Shown piece after piece: positions 13,877 to 27,880 of a stretch of 64,000 nucleotides of DNA. How positions within the stretch are numbered: position 1 is the first letter of the stretch; each line of letters starts with the position of its first letter. This DNA comes from Felis catus (lineage: Eukaryota). A model generated the notes under the pieces. That model did not search any database and was not told the DNA's origin. It saw only the letters and a program-made list of their open reading frames with translations. The stretch is taken from positions 106,766,001 to 106,830,000 of the forward strand of contig NC_058368.1 of NCBI RefSeq assembly GCF_018350175.1, written 5' to 3'. Both the position numbers and the translations under genes were made by a program.

Positions 13877-13919
13877 ATGCTCTCTCTCTCTCAGATAAAT
13901 AAACATTAAGAAAAAAAAG
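13601..13919 (+). mobile_element. Can-SINE carrying (CTCCCT)10 and (TG)n
   Basis: SINE head ...gatttctgctcaggtcatgatctc, microsatellites at 13731-13790 and about 13842-13875, AATAAA tail. Confidence 0.9.
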
Positions 13920-13989
13920 ATTATATATTTTACATAGTTGTTTTCTTGAAAATATTTCATAATATTAAAACAAAAATAAAACTAGAAAG

Positions 13990-15680
13990 GAATGCCAAAA
14001 TGAACATTATTTGTATAATTGGAAAACTCAAGACAACCTACTAAAAAAAAAACTCTATTAGAACAATAAGAGAATTTGAGGGGGGGGGCTTACAAAATTA
14101 TATAACAATTTTTGCTTTTCAATACATAAACAGCAGCCACTTGGTCACTATAAAGAAAGAAAAAATCCATTTATATTGAATATAGCAAAAGATAAAATAT
14201 AAAAGATAAAATACCTAACAAATACTTACAAAGGAATGTACAAGACTTATAAAAAGAAGAATTTATATCCACACAGAGAGTCATAAAAGTGGTTTAAGTA
14301 AATGTAAAGACATTTTCTGGTTTGGGATAGGAACAGTGAATATTATAAAATGATAATTATCTCTATATAAATTTAATGTGACCTTCCCAAAATGCCAATA
14401 GTATTTGCTTTCCTTTTTTTTTCTTTTTTAATTAGACATACTGGTTATAGACTCCATGTGGAAAAATCAATATAAGATATTTGTTGTTAAAAACTAACAG
14501 GAGAGGAGAGGGTGAATTCTATCAGATATTAATATATTTCATAGTAGATAAAGCAGTTTGTGCTGGTGCTTGAAGAAGGAAGTAAGTCAATGGAACAGAG
14601 TAAAAAAAAAATTAAACCTATAATTAGGAAAAGATTTATAAATGTGCCATATAATAAAAGCTGAACCTACGGTCTGTAAAAAGAAATGAATCATTCAATA
14701 ACGTAACAGGAATCTGATTCTGTACCATATTTATGACATCATAACACACCAAAATGATTGTGGACATTGACATTTTTTGGTTGGCTTTGTTTATTTTTTT
14801 ATCTTTTAATAGGGAATGTGTATAATTCTAGATATGAAATCTAGAAGTCACAAAATTAACAACTCGAAATAAGTATCCTTGCAAAGGAAAAAATACAATA
14901 GAAGATAAATCACAATCAGTGAAAGTATTTGCAACGTATCTCAGAAAGTGATGTTTTCCTTAATATAAAAAGAGCTCTTACAAATCAATACAAGAAATGA
15001 TGAAAGCCCTGTTTAAAAAAAAAATGGTACCACACAGCTCATGGAGGTCTATGCATGGCTTTTATTAAAAAACAAAAACAAAAACTTAGCATTATTGATA
15101 GAATGACACTTCAGACCACAAAGCAATTCTGCTTTCACCCATCAGATTACATAAATCTGTACAGGTGAATCCGTATTTACTCCCATTGTAAGGACCATTC
15201 CCTTCCCTTGGCAGGAAAATTCTTCCTGCCTTCTTCCCTATTTTTGCTTATTCTTCTCTCAGATCATTTCTTCAGAAAAGTATTCTATGGATAGGTTAAA
15301 TCCCTTGACATATGTTCTTATAGGCTGTCTGTAGTTTTCATTCCTAATTTTTTCACAATTGTAGGTTTACATTATATGTATCATTATGTGATCTCTGCAT
15401 GTCTAATTCAAGTGTGGTCCCTCGGTACAGGGGCTTGTTTTGTTTTGTTTGTTCTTTTTTGTTGCTTTTGTTATTTAACATTGTATTTAACATTGTCTAA
15501 CACCGTTCAGATGTGCTCAATGAATAGATGTTAGATGATATTTTAACAGTGTAAGTGAGTGTACAGTGTTGGAATGTGTGGGGGAAATAGATATTGTTAT
15601 ACATTTCGGAGAGGAGTATAAAGTGGTACACTATTTTTGGAGGCCATGTGGCGATCATTTTCCAAATTTAGCAGACTCAG
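13990..15680 (+). mobile_element. Second degraded LINE-1 ORF2/3' fragment
   Basis: ggaaaactcaa..aaaactctattagaacaataagagaattt and aaagagctcttacaaatcaata are L1-like; interrupted; boundaries approximate. Confidence 0.6.
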
Positions 15681-17834
15681 AGGTTCAGCTCCTTTGCCAG
15701 CTTTGAGTATAACACATTTTAAATTCTAATTTCATTTGTATTCATGTTTCTTTGCTTCCTAGAATGGTTGAACATCTCACCTTTTTCTGACTAGCTGAAG
15801 TTAGGCCCCTTACCTAAAAAATATGCAGCCAATAAAAATAATCAGAAAGACTTGAAAATGGTCACTGTTTTACATTAATAAAATAATACTTATTTTTTGC
15901 CCATTAGCATCTGATGGCTCAGTACTTTGTTTTCCCAATTGTAGAAAAAGCCCATTTCAGGTATGTTATATTTTTGAAATAATACAGTGGGCATAAAGTC
16001 GTGGACCAAATTCTTTGTCTTGAAACTGGTGTATGGCACAATTTTGTAATTTGGACTTTAGCACATTTGTGATAACTTCTCCTTGTAACTGTGCCAAGAA
16101 AATTAGAAAGCTCTAGCAGAGTTGAGTATTTTTATAAGTTGAAAGAAACTGCCTTAAACATTAATAGCTTATTTACTGATTAAGACTTTCACATGGTAAT
16201 TAGATTGGCTTCTTTGTAGAGATGTCGAGTGGATAAAATTACATACGTTAGGGGAAATTATAAATCATGTCATTGTAAAAACATAGAACATTTTTTGATA
16301 TGGCCAGAAAATGCTTATGTGGTTTTGGTTTTTGTTTCACTTGTTGAACCAGGAGAAAAGACGAATATATATTTCTAAACTTTGGCGTAGAGGCATGGCT
16401 TTTCCACTAAGTTGGCAATTCAGGAGTTTCTTCAGTACTAAGAGGCTAATGAGGCAATAAATATGCAAAGTTAGCTCCTTGAAGGCAATAAATATGTGGG
16501 GCACCTGCTAAAGTTTTAAGTATTGCCAGAGTACCAAGAATGCAGATGTCTTGTGAACTAACAAGCCTTTGAAATCAGTGACGTTTGCTTACATACTCTG
16601 CTGGAAATTGTGCCTGGAATAGAACCAGGAGTAGGACCAGGTTATAAACCCACTTCTTCAGACATCCGCTTTTCTGTTATCGGCCTCGGTACCGCTGACA
16701 GTTCTTCATTTGAGACATCTGAAACATCTTTAACCCTCTCTCCCCTTAATTCCTCTCATAAGCAGTTGCCACATTTTACTAGGTTTTCTTGGGAAAGAGC
16801 TTTCCCATCTGTCCATTATTTCTATTGTTATTCTTCCCAGGCTTGGACCACTGCAACACCTGCTTCCCTGGTCTTTTTGCCTTAGCACTTTACCTTTCTG
16901 GTGTGTCTCACTCATTAGTTCAGAAATCTTTATTGTCCTTTCCTACCTGATGAGTGGACTTAGCCTTGGATTCATGACTTTTACAGTGGTCCCCTCTACC
17001 TTTCTCACATGATAGTCCACTTCTCCATCTCATGAAGGCAAATGATCCATAATGTTCAAACTTTGTCTTTACTAATGTTTTTTTCTTATTTCAACTCCCA
17101 GTCCTACTGATGTGTAGATCTTCCAATTTTCTTTATCCATTAATGGTCAAGACAAGTGCTATCACTTTTTGGAAATATATTTTTTAATTTCCTTGCACTG
17201 TTTATTGTAAATATCCCTTAATTTCTAATATATACTGATTTGTACTGATATTTCTACCCCCTACACACATAGCCTACTGAACAGCGGTCTCTATGAAAAT
17301 AGAATTACTGTGTAATACATTTTTTTTCCCACAGCACAAAGTTGAGTGCATTGGGCATTATAGGCGCTTGAATATTTGTTTGAATGCATAAGCATTTGTT
17401 GTACAAATACTCATCTCTTGGTCAGTCATCTTGAGCTTTACAGTAGAGGATAGTTGAGTTCAAGAAGTAGAAGAGAGGAATTAGTTTGGGTCAAGGAATG
17501 CAGTTGCCTTCACTGAGCAAAAAAAAAAAAAAAGGTAGTTTTATAACTATGCAAATACAAATATTGCAAAATAGTTTTTGGTACCTAATATTTTGTATTT
17601 ATATATAAAATAAACTATGTGGAAATGGAATGGTTATGTATTAATTATGATGAAGTCTGTCTTGAAGTCTGGTTACAGGCCTATCCTGCTATTTCATACA
17701 AGTCCTGAAGTCATAGACTTGGAAGGGCCAAATCCAGCAGTTTAGTGATAGGATTATTTAATCTAAAATTCTTCTAATTCAATAAGAAGCTAGCATATGC
17801 CCCAGGAGGCATCCTGTCAAACATAAATTTGGCT

Positions 17835-17868
<34 letters not shown>

Positions 17869-19521
17869 TTTGCAAGAGGAGTTCCTTTTGAAAGGGAATA
17901 AGATGTTTGTTTTTCATTCTACATTGATGTGCATCAATTGTCTACTATAAGAAAGAGGATCTATGCCAAAGGGACAGTAGGCAAACAATAAAAAGTAAAC
18001 AAGAAATGAAGATAAAGGCATTACATCATAATCTAAGACTGTTAGACCAGGAAACAGGAAGTAATAACAGATTGCTATAGTAGACAAAAAACAAATATAC
18101 TCTTACCTCTAGAAATCCATTGTTCCTTAAAATGTTCAAACTTAATTATTCTGTAATTAATACTCTTTGGCCAACTCAAATTGGTAATGGCCACATGTAA
18201 CCACGTTGTTCTCTTTAACCACATTCTACCCTCTAGGATTCCCTACAGCAAAAGTCACAAGTATCTTCCTGGGGTACATGTGCCTTGGTTAAGGTTAGAA
18301 ACTACTCAGTGGGCAGGTGATAGGGAAAACTTATTAGAGAAGGGGACTGGGGCTGGAATTCTTGTCGTGCCAGGTACTCACTGAATAAACTTTAGGCAAG
18401 TCAATGTGTCTGTACTAATTTTCTTCATCCCTACAATTTGGATAAGTTTGCCTTTCAAGGTTCACTGTTGGATTGTTCATGCTTTAATTGCATGGCACAG
18501 TGGTTAACACATAATACAGAGTGAATGAATAATAATAATAATCAGTAGTGGTATATTTATTTTTATGAATGTTTTAATGTACAAAGGAGATTTTCAGCTT
18601 CCATGGGTCATACATCCCTCTGTTCATTCAAGGAGTGATTTCATATCCTTTAGAATTCTTACTGGATTGGCAGGAAGTGAACATATTATGGAGACCCTTA
18701 TAGACCACTGACACAGCTTTTGTATTTGATACTTTATTTAGACAATGATACCAGTTAGAGTAATAAGTAGTTTGTCCAAGTTAATAATCATAATGGGACT
18801 TTAGCCAGTATAGATGTGGCAGCATTCCCACACACCCAGATTCTCTCCAAACATAGGTTTGGATGTCAGAGTGAGTAGGTGGAAGAGGGAAAAAATCACC
18901 CAGCTAATGAGTGGTCTTACAGGAATTGGCTTTCTGTTTGTATTTCTCTAATGTATCTTGGCAAATGTGTGGTCCAGAGTCAGGCAAGCAGCTTTTCTCG
19001 AACAGATCACCTACAGATCTTTCAGGCTTACGGTTTCCCTAAATCAGTGAGAAGTCATATTAGTTTCAACTTGCTGTCACATTTGCAGAATATTTAGTTG
19101 CTTCTCTGATACTGTATCAGTGGCTAGGTCTGTAGACATTTATTTAATAAGGTATTGAACTAAATATATCAAGGAATTAAAATATGTTCTTCAAACACTT
19201 AAATTCTAGATGGTGCTAAATTCACTAAAAATAGAAGGTAGTTCTGATACGTATACGTGCCGTATATTTGAAAGCCACAGAAGTTAAGAACCATGGGAAA
19301 TATATGCTAGAATTTATTGAAGAGTCTTTTATGCAGGGAGATGGTCTTAAAATGGGGGTTGCATTTGTAATTATAGACAATCTGGGGAAAGCATTCTGAT
19401 AGGAGGGAATTATACAAAATGATAGGCTGGAATTAAGTGTTCCAGTGAAAATTAGATTGAAGTAAGTTTACAGATTATTTGAAAAATAAGATAAAAATCT
19501 TGGATTTTTGTCATATAGGTC

Positions 19522-19951
19522 AGTACTTTTTAGAATTTTGAGTAAGAATCATCTAGAAAATGACTTGAAATAAAGTTTCTTAGGCCTTATCTCTAAATAG
19601 TCTTGTTCAATCAGTTGAGGCAGGATACAGGATTCTGCATTTTAACTAACCCAACATCAGCATCCCTAGGTTTCTTCTTAAATTTTTTAATGTTTTATTT
19701 ATTTTTGAGACAGAGACAGACAACATGAGTGGGGGAGGAGCAGAGAGAGAGGGAGACACAGAATCGAAAAGAGGCTCCAGGCTCTGCTGAGCTGTCAGCC
19801 CAGAGCCCGACGCAGGGCTTGAACCCACAAACCGTGATGAGATCATGACCTGAGCCGAAGTCGGATGCCCAACCGACTGAGCCACCCAGGTGCCCCGACA
19901 TCCCTAGGTTTCTGATGCACATAGTTCATTATTCACATTTTCAGTGTCGCT
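19522..19951. mobile_element. MER5-like hAT MITE remnant split by a SINE
   Basis: caggattctgcattttaa...tttctgatgcaca resembles MER5A core; low identity. Confidence 0.45.
19676..19896 (-). mobile_element. SINEC_Fc
   Basis: SINE consensus; perfect 15-bp TSD CATCCCTAGGTTTCT at 19661-19675 and 19899-19913. Confidence 0.95.
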
Positions 19952-20423
19952 GGTTGCCAAGGAATATTAAAATATTTTGCCGAGGAAACTAGGTTTTTGT
20001 ATTAATGTATTCATAACAAACTAAATTCATTAAAGCATGGTTTAATAAAGCAAAGAGTTAAGGGGCACAAGGTCAGTCAGGCAGACATGACAAGAGTCCA
20101 GAATTCAAGAGGATCAGCACTGGTCTTCACTGGTATAACTAGCTGTGGAAAGGGAGGGAGGGGTAGGAGAGCTTTAAGGAATACAGAGCTAACAGGGTCC
20201 AGGCATGCGTTAGCTTCCTAAGGCAAGGATAGTGTGTCCTAACCCCAGGAGAGAATAAACTCCTTGAGGGTAGGAACTGAATCTTGCTCATTTTTATGAC
20301 CCCAGCTCAGTACAGCATGCAGCAAATACTGCGTTCCCAAGTGTTTGTTCATTTGCTAGATGAAGCTACCTCATATGCACAGCAAGGTCAAAAGTAATCC
20401 CTGTTTTTGTACCTCTACTTTTT

Positions 20424-20630
20424 TTTTTTAAACGTTTATTTACTTTTGAGACAGAGAGAGCATGAATGGGGGGAGGGTCAGAGGGAGAGAAGGAGACACA
20501 GAATCTGAAACAGGCCCCAGGCTCTGAGCTGTCAGCACAGAGCCGGACGCGGGGCTCGAACTCACGAACCGCGAGATCATGACCTGAGCCGAAGTCGGAC
20601 GCTTAACCGACTGAGCCACCCAGGCGCCCC
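20424..20630 (-). mobile_element. SINEC_Fc
   Basis: CpG-rich consensus; TSD TGTACCTCTACTTTTT at 20408-20423 and 20631-20646. Confidence 0.95.
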
Positions 20631-21539
20631 TGTACCTCTACTTTTTAGAACATTTTTCACATTGTTGCTGTCTGCCTTTACACGGTCTTTGGACTTCCAA
20701 TAGAAGTACATATTTCGCTGTTTTGTGACAACTGACAGTTAAATAATTAAAATTATTCAAAATATAAAAAGTAATAAAAATACTTTGTACTCCCCCCCCC
20801 CCACCGTGAGCACACAGCCGCTAAGTTACTCCAAATAAGATGTAGCCACGGAATTGTAGGAAATTGTTATTTTGTGGAAATATACTTCCACTTAGACATT
20901 AGGACAGTTTGTTTCTTTTTTCAAATAAAATTTTCTATATAATATAGAACTTCTAGTGGGAAATAATACATCATGGTGAAATATTTAATATATTGAGCAC
21001 AAAAAATTTAGTCTTCTAAAGAATTACTGTTTACAAATCTGACCCTTTCCAAATTATGCAAAAAATGTGAGTGAATTCATAAATGTTCTCTTCTCTAACT
21101 CTTTAAACATCAAAAGGGACCATCTTCAAAATCCAAATGTTTCTCCAGCTTTCCGCAGGATATCACAAAACTTCCTGGCAGTGACTTTTAAACAAGTTGA
21201 GAAGTTTTATAAGATAAAAATATTTTTTCAGTTGACTTGACAACCATGTACAATGTTAGTAGAGAGTTTATTTGCCCTAGGCTCTTTGTCAAAATGAATT
21301 TAAACTGAGATTATTAAAATGTAGCTCAGTTGCAGAAGTATGAGGAGAGGTGTTGCTAATGTCTTACTTCAAGAATGTTCTCCACACAATGCACACGACT
21401 TGGTTTTAGAACTGTATACGTAGAGTTGCATTTCTGCTAACAGGAGACATTTAAAATTATTCATAAAACAAAAAAGATTATATGCATTAATGTAGAGTTT
21501 TGATTCAGAAAGAGATGCACTATAGTTGGTTGTTTGGAG

Positions 21540-21725
21540 ATCTTTCTGACCATCAGATTGCCTGGGTCTGAGTCCCATCTCCCCAATTAACCTCAGCACC
21601 TTCTGCATCTACAGAATAGTCATAATAATAGACACATAATGGAGATATTGTGAGGATTAAGTGATATCATCATTGGAAATGATTATTACAGTGACTGGTA
21701 CAGATAAAGGTTCACAATTATTTGT
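21540..21725. mobile_element. MIR remnant
   Basis: MIR core-like ...gtcataataata...ttgtgaggattaagtgat. Confidence 0.55.
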
Positions 21726-22650
21726 TTTCTTTCAAATCTGTAGAATTGGAACTAAGCAGTATTTCCTGATAGTTCCAGATATGTGGTTAAAAAAAAAAAA
21801 AAAAGGCCCTGTCCCAATTTTTTTCTTTAATGATTATCTTTTCTGTTACAAGTTAAACAGCTTTAGGAAAATTTAACTAATGGTAAACAATGGTTGAATC
21901 ACTAGATCTCTCCATGGCTGTAGCTAATTTCTTACATGAGAATCAAGATCCCAAAAGGATCATCTGGATGAGAGGTTGTAATCTTCCCAATTTGGAAAAT
22001 CACATTACACCACTTTGGGAAAATGTCCAAATTGCTAACTCTTGGAAGCAAAACCTCTTCTCTCAAATGGACACATTATTTAAGAAGTTTTATTGTTTCT
22101 GAAAAAGACCAGTTGCCTTTCAGGAATAATAGCATTTGTGTATGCTTTGAAAGACGGTACCACCACAGATGGAAGAGTTGAGTGTGTTCCATGCGGCAAG
22201 TGGCTGTTGATAAAACAGGGTCACCCGGCAACGTGTGCTGTGGCCAGAATCCCTCCCTGGTGGAGGTGAGACAGTGATCCTGGCAAGGGCTGCCTCAGGA
22301 CTGTACTGTTAGAAAGGCATTAAGGGGTTTTAAGCAATTTGTGAGATTCTGCTTTATTTGCAGTTTCTTATTTTAATTAGTTAACATCCAAGCAAAGTAA
22401 ATTCTTGCCATTATTCTTTACTTGGTTTTCCTTAAAGTCCACAACTTTCACCAAAGTTCACAAAGACAACAAATTACATATTATGATGTTTTTATCTCTT
22501 TGTGCTATTTGACAAGTTAGAAGAATAAGATATCTCAGATGTATTGCCCCAATAAAAAGAATAATTATGGGTTGCTACTATATTCTGGACATTGGGTCAG
22601 GCATTTTACATCATCCTCATAAGATTTTCCTAGCAATCAGTTAAGAAAAC

Positions 22651-22870
22651 GGGGCGCCTGGATGGCTCAGTCGGTTAAGCGGCCGACTTCGGATCAGGTC
22701 ATGATCTCGCAGTCCATGAGTTCGAGCCCAATGTCGGGCTCTGCGCTGACAGTTTGGAGCCTGGAGCCTGTTTTGGATTCTGTGTCTCCCTCTCTCTGAC
22801 CCTCCCCCGTTCATGCTCTGTGTCTCTCTGTCTCAAAAATAAATAAACGTTAAAAAAAATTTTTTTAAAA
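22651..22870 (+). mobile_element. SINEC_Fc
   Basis: Full SINE consensus with AATAAA/A tail. Confidence 0.93.
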
Positions 22871-25360
22871 AGAAAGCATTTATTTCTAAATATTATTACT
22901 TACTTGTATCTAGTCCCATGAATTAGGGGGAGGGAGACACAGAACTCAAATCTCTTTCAACTTCAACATCTTTCACCCTACCTCCCGGCAACTAAACTGG
23001 TCCATAATGACTCCACATCATCTCTTACTTTTCCTCCCTATCGTCAAAGTATGAAAAACATTTATCTTCCTATTTTCTGTCCATCATCCTATTAATATGT
23101 GTTGATACAGAACCTATTTAAAGACATTAATTAGAATAGGAAAGAAAAATATGGTTCAACATGGAGCTGAATTTTTCTGACACTGAAGTATGGAAAATGA
23201 TATTCAATAATGTATTTTCGGTTTTATTAGTCTTCTAAGTTAGCAAATGGAGTGAATTCTTAACTCATTATTCTTAACTCATAAATTACTTATTCCATCC
23301 ATATCATTTTCTCCTTCCAAAAACATGTTAAATATAACAATTTTAATTCAAAGTTTTAATTTATCTCAGTGAAAAAGTAGTTGGCCTTGATATTTTTTAT
23401 TTTGATTTGAGAAAACATAGGTAGTCTAGTTGTGATTTCCCTTAGCAGCCTCTATAACAATTCTTTTTATGGCATTTTAAATATAGTGTAGATATTCTTG
23501 TTATTCGCTATTTTTATTATGAAAGACTATTTTATCATCTAGATTTTAAAGGGAACACTTGACTATCCTGCCATCATTTCATACTCAGCCTGGAGAAAAA
23601 CACATTTCTCCTCTTCCAATTTTTTCAGTATTAACCTTCACTATGAGAATTCGGTAGAGATTATATGAAGGTTTTCCTGAAACAGAAGCGATTCTCCGTG
23701 GTGACTTGATTCAGTGTTTATGTATGGTTTATAGAATATGATTCCAGTATGCCAGCAGTTCAGAGAGATGAGCCAGTTCCTACCCTCAAGAAGTTGCAGC
23801 ATTAGCCAGAAGTAAAAATGCATAATGCGTTGTTGCCAGTGCGATAACAATGTGGTTCACAGAATCCTGCGGTAGGACAGAGAGTACACATAGGTGAGAT
23901 GAAGTTAGTGAAAGAAAACCTCATGAAGGTCATCGACAGTAATCTCGAAGATTAAGTAGAATTTATCCAGGCGAAGACATTGAAGGATAGGCACTTTGGG
24001 CAGGGCAGGAGAGGGAATGGAATTCACAGATGCCAAATAGGTAATGGTCAGTCACATGATTCCTGAGCCAGCCTGCTCAGTTCAGACAGCCCCCCTTTCC
24101 ACCTTCTCACTGTATAACCTTGGGAAAGTTCATTCTCATCAGCAGACTTGGATTATACTAGTACCTACATCATCGAATCATTTAATTCAGGCTCATAACC
24201 CCTTTGTATGGTGCATGACACACAAAAAATTCTAAATAACAATTAACTGTGAAAGAATAAGAAACCACATACTGTTGGGGAAACTAGAAATCATTCGCTG
24301 AAAAGAAAATGCCATAAAGGACTTGGAAAAAAATAAAGAGACTTTGTACGATGTTGAAGAGCTGAAAGTGCCATATAGGTAACAGGGAGGCAGATTGTGT
24401 TTTAAATAGACTTCCCTGGGGCACAGCAGGAGGAGAAACAGGGAGAATGTTGGTAAAGATTAGAGGCACAGAACGCAATAATGACATAATAATTATTGAA
24501 ACTAAATACTTAATAATCCTTTGTAATAGTAACAAAGGAACTGAAAGGAAGTGACAGTTGAGACAAATATTTAGGAAGTAGTACTGGCAGAACTTGCCCT
24601 CTGACACTTAATAAAACCAAATAGCCTGGGTGGTGATCTGAGAGAGGATAAAAGACCTGAAGATTCTTGATTTGGCAGACTGGGTGGCTAGTGAATGCAT
24701 AAAAGAGACAGTACAGGAATAAATCAAGGCTTGAAAGAGAAAATAATGAGGGCAGTTTCTAGACATATTGAATTTAATATTCTTCTAGTACACCCATTTG
24801 GAGGTAAGTCAGCTTTTTAAAGAGTTTCAGCTTGAAGCAATAGATTCAAGATTCACTAGAAGACGTAAAGATGGCCAGAAATGTGAAGGTTTCCCAGGGA
24901 TAGTTTGTGTTTAATGATGAATGGAAGAAGAAAGTCTAATGAAGCAGATGGGGAAAATAATAGTTTTAATGTGGTTTCAGATTTGTTAAAAGCGATGAGT
25001 AAAGGATCTCCAGGCAAGAACAAGAATTTAATGTGGTTGAATAGAAACTTTCTATTTCTATATGTTTCATACATACAACTCTGAAAATTTTATCTATAGA
25101 CCATTTTGAAAATAGATGACTAAACATGTTATTTGCTAGATTCACTGGGAAATATGTTTCCCTCAGTAAAAATATTTATCTTTAATCTAGATAACAAAAT
25201 TTCAAAAAAAAATCAATCTGATATCTAATTTTATTTTGATTTTTAAAACTAATTTATCTCCCATTAGTTTCAGTATTTATCTGTTATTTAATTGCCTTTA
25301 TAAATCGTTAAGATATACTTACCTAATGTAATTTTTTATTTTAATTATATTCTGAATCAG

Positions 25361-25501
25361 CATGGGCATTAATCATGACAATGACCACCCATCATGTGCT
25401 GATGGTCTTCATATCATGTCTGGTGAATGGATTAAAGGACAAAATCTTGGTGATGTTTCATGGTCCCGATGTAGCAAGGAAGATTTGGAAAGATTTCTAA
25501 G
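25361..25501 (+). CDS. ADAMTS19: ADAMTS19 exon, third zinc His and Met-turn ([47 protein letters not shown])
   Basis: aatcag|C acceptor, AG|gtactg donor; 141 nt, phase 2 to 2; completes HEMGHNMGINHD in frame with 1321-1426. Confidence 0.96.
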
Positions 25502-26955
25502 GTACTGAGGTCATTTACTATTGTTGCATTGTCAATGTTTACATGTGCCTGCTTCCTCTACCAACCAGGGAAGGTGGCACAGTAGAGTGGAAAGGACACC
25601 CGATTAGGGATCAAGGCACTCAGTTCTAATGCTGGCCCTTCCACTGACTCGGAGAGTGTGAATTGGAACATATTATTTAACCCATCTGCTTCTTAGTGTC
25701 CACATTTTCTAATAAAAGAACGAACAAGATGATTTGTAAGGTTGGAAAATTATCTATCACAGTGTTTCCTTACCTCTTTGAAATTTCCCAGTGGAAAATA
25801 TTCTCATTGTTCATCACTCAGCACATCTGTTATCACAAAGAACCTCTTTAACAAAAGCTCCACTCTTCCATTATGATACTTCTAAGCTGTGGATTTTTTT
25901 CATTAATACATCATTTTCACCATTATAATAGTTCTCATTCTCTTCTTTCCCACCTTCAACAGAGGGAACAGTTTATGTCTGGTTGGAAAAAGAAGTGAAA
26001 AATATTAGTATTGTTCAAATTTTCATTTTAAATCCCTTGTTCTTTGCTTATCTCTTTGGTAAATAAATGAACAAGCAGAAACAGTATGAGATACACAAAG
26101 CAGTTATTGAGTGAGAGATGCTTAAAGTATCCAAAAGTCTCACTAAGAAATGTAGGAACATTGAGCGAGTTAAATTCACGATACAGATAAATTTTATTCA
26201 TTTTTCCATACCGTTTAAATTGGCAAGCCTATTTTTTCTGTTAAATGAATATTAAAATCCGCTAAAATATACTGTTTATTACATTACCATAACTCTGGTG
26301 TGAAATGTATGCAGTACGTTCAGTCGTGATAGTGTAGAGACCGGTACATAGAACATGTAATATTGGAATATACCACCTCTCTGCAACAGTCACCCTTCGA
26401 TGTTCCCAAGGAACATGTATGGTTTTGTATGGCTGCCTTCACAAGAATCAGAACCATGATAAAATTAAATGTCATCTCATAAATGGAAGTTGTATTACAA
26501 TGTCAAGTACAAAAATATGTACAAATACTCACTTGACAATGCCTTCCGTATATTCTTTAAGTCCTCGAACATAATTCATTTCTTACCTTCACGCGTTACT
26601 TTCGGTCAGGTTACTCTCTGAGTCTGAGCTTCTTAATCTTATAAATATACAAAGTCATAACCACCTCACAGTGTTATGTAGATTAGCTGAGTCAATCCAT
26701 ATGAAAGACCTTAATAAACCAAAAAATCATCATGTTCAATATTATTATTATTATTATTATTAGGATTATCTTACCTAGTTGTACATAAACGATTCTCACA
26801 TATGGAGTGATTTCTATGAGTATTCAGTAGAAGAACTTATAAATAAAAGTAAGAACATATTTTTAACATTCTAAAAATGTTTCCTGTTGCTGTGCTAATT
26901 ATAACAAGGTTTTTACATTAAATTCAAAATTTTACACGTATCTGCGTATTGCCAG

Positions 26956-27106
26956 GTCAAAGGCCAGTAGCTGCTTGCTACAGACAAATCCCCAGAGTGT
27001 CAATTCCGTGATGGTTCCTTCCAAGTTGCCAGGGATGACCTACACTGCTGATGAGCAATGTCAGATTCTCTTTGGGCCATTGGCTTCCTTTTGTCAAGAG
27101 ATGCAG
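26956..27106 (+). CDS. ADAMTS19: ADAMTS19 exon, end of catalytic domain and start of disintegrin-like domain (SKASSCLLQTNPQSVNSVMVPSKLPGMTYTADEQCQILFGPLASFCQEMQ)
   Basis: gccag|G acceptor, CAG|gtaagg donor; 151 nt, phase 2 to 0; LPG..Y.ADEQC...FG ADAMTS motif. Confidence 0.96.
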
Positions 27107-27827
27107 GTAAGGGTTGTGTCCAGGTGCGAATTTTCAAGTGTATGTTCACATTCATAATTGAGAAGTATTGATCGGAGGTGGGGAAGATGACTTTATTTTA
27201 GCACATGCAGCTCTTTTGAGAGCACCCTAATCTTGGAAAGAAGGATTTTCTAAGAGAAGATTACTTTATTTTTTTCCCCCTGGCACTTTGGAAGTGGTAG
27301 AAATAAGATGTGGGCATTTAATCTAAGTCAGGAAGGAATGACCCAAGAATTTCAACTTCAAAAATGGTCCCTGAGTCAGGGAAGTATTTATATTGGGCCA
27401 TTTCATTGCTTCTCTTTTAAATCTTTTACTTTCATACGTGGTAGGTAACTGGGAGAAAATGTAAGAAAAAGGATATATGAACATGTAATTGTGGAGGAAG
27501 AGTTGTATCTTTTAACCCTAAAAATAAAATCTTAAAAATATGTTCTAGAACAAACACTAGAGAGTACATTTTTAAATAGTTAAACTAGAGGGAAGGGGTA
27601 AATATATGATGGGAAACTTAAGTCTTGTCTATGTATTAGTATTCACATGGCCACTAATTACTCAGATAGGCCAGTTGTACCAGTGTAGAAAATAGGAAGT
27701 CTGAAAGATTGAGCAAAATGACATTAATTGATGTAAGAATTTTAGCTCTTTTTACTTTCCCTTCTTTCTTTTCTCCTTTTTTTCTGCTGCCCCTCCCTTA
27801 GCTGCTCATCCCTTCCCACCTCTTCCC

Positions 27828-27828
<1 letters not shown>

Positions 27829-27878
<50 letters not shown>
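27829..27878. repeat. (CA)n microsatellite, about 25 units
   Basis: Read directly. Confidence 0.95.

Positions 27879-27880
<2 letters not shown>

Noticed and set aside
10860..15680. Possible intact or domesticated reverse transcriptase
   Set aside because: Catalytic motif decayed (FANDV) with many stops and deletions; a fossil L1.
23257..23283. Short tandem duplications (ttcttaactcat twice; also about 14187 and 41652)
   Set aside because: Ordinary slippage events, expected in AT-rich introns.
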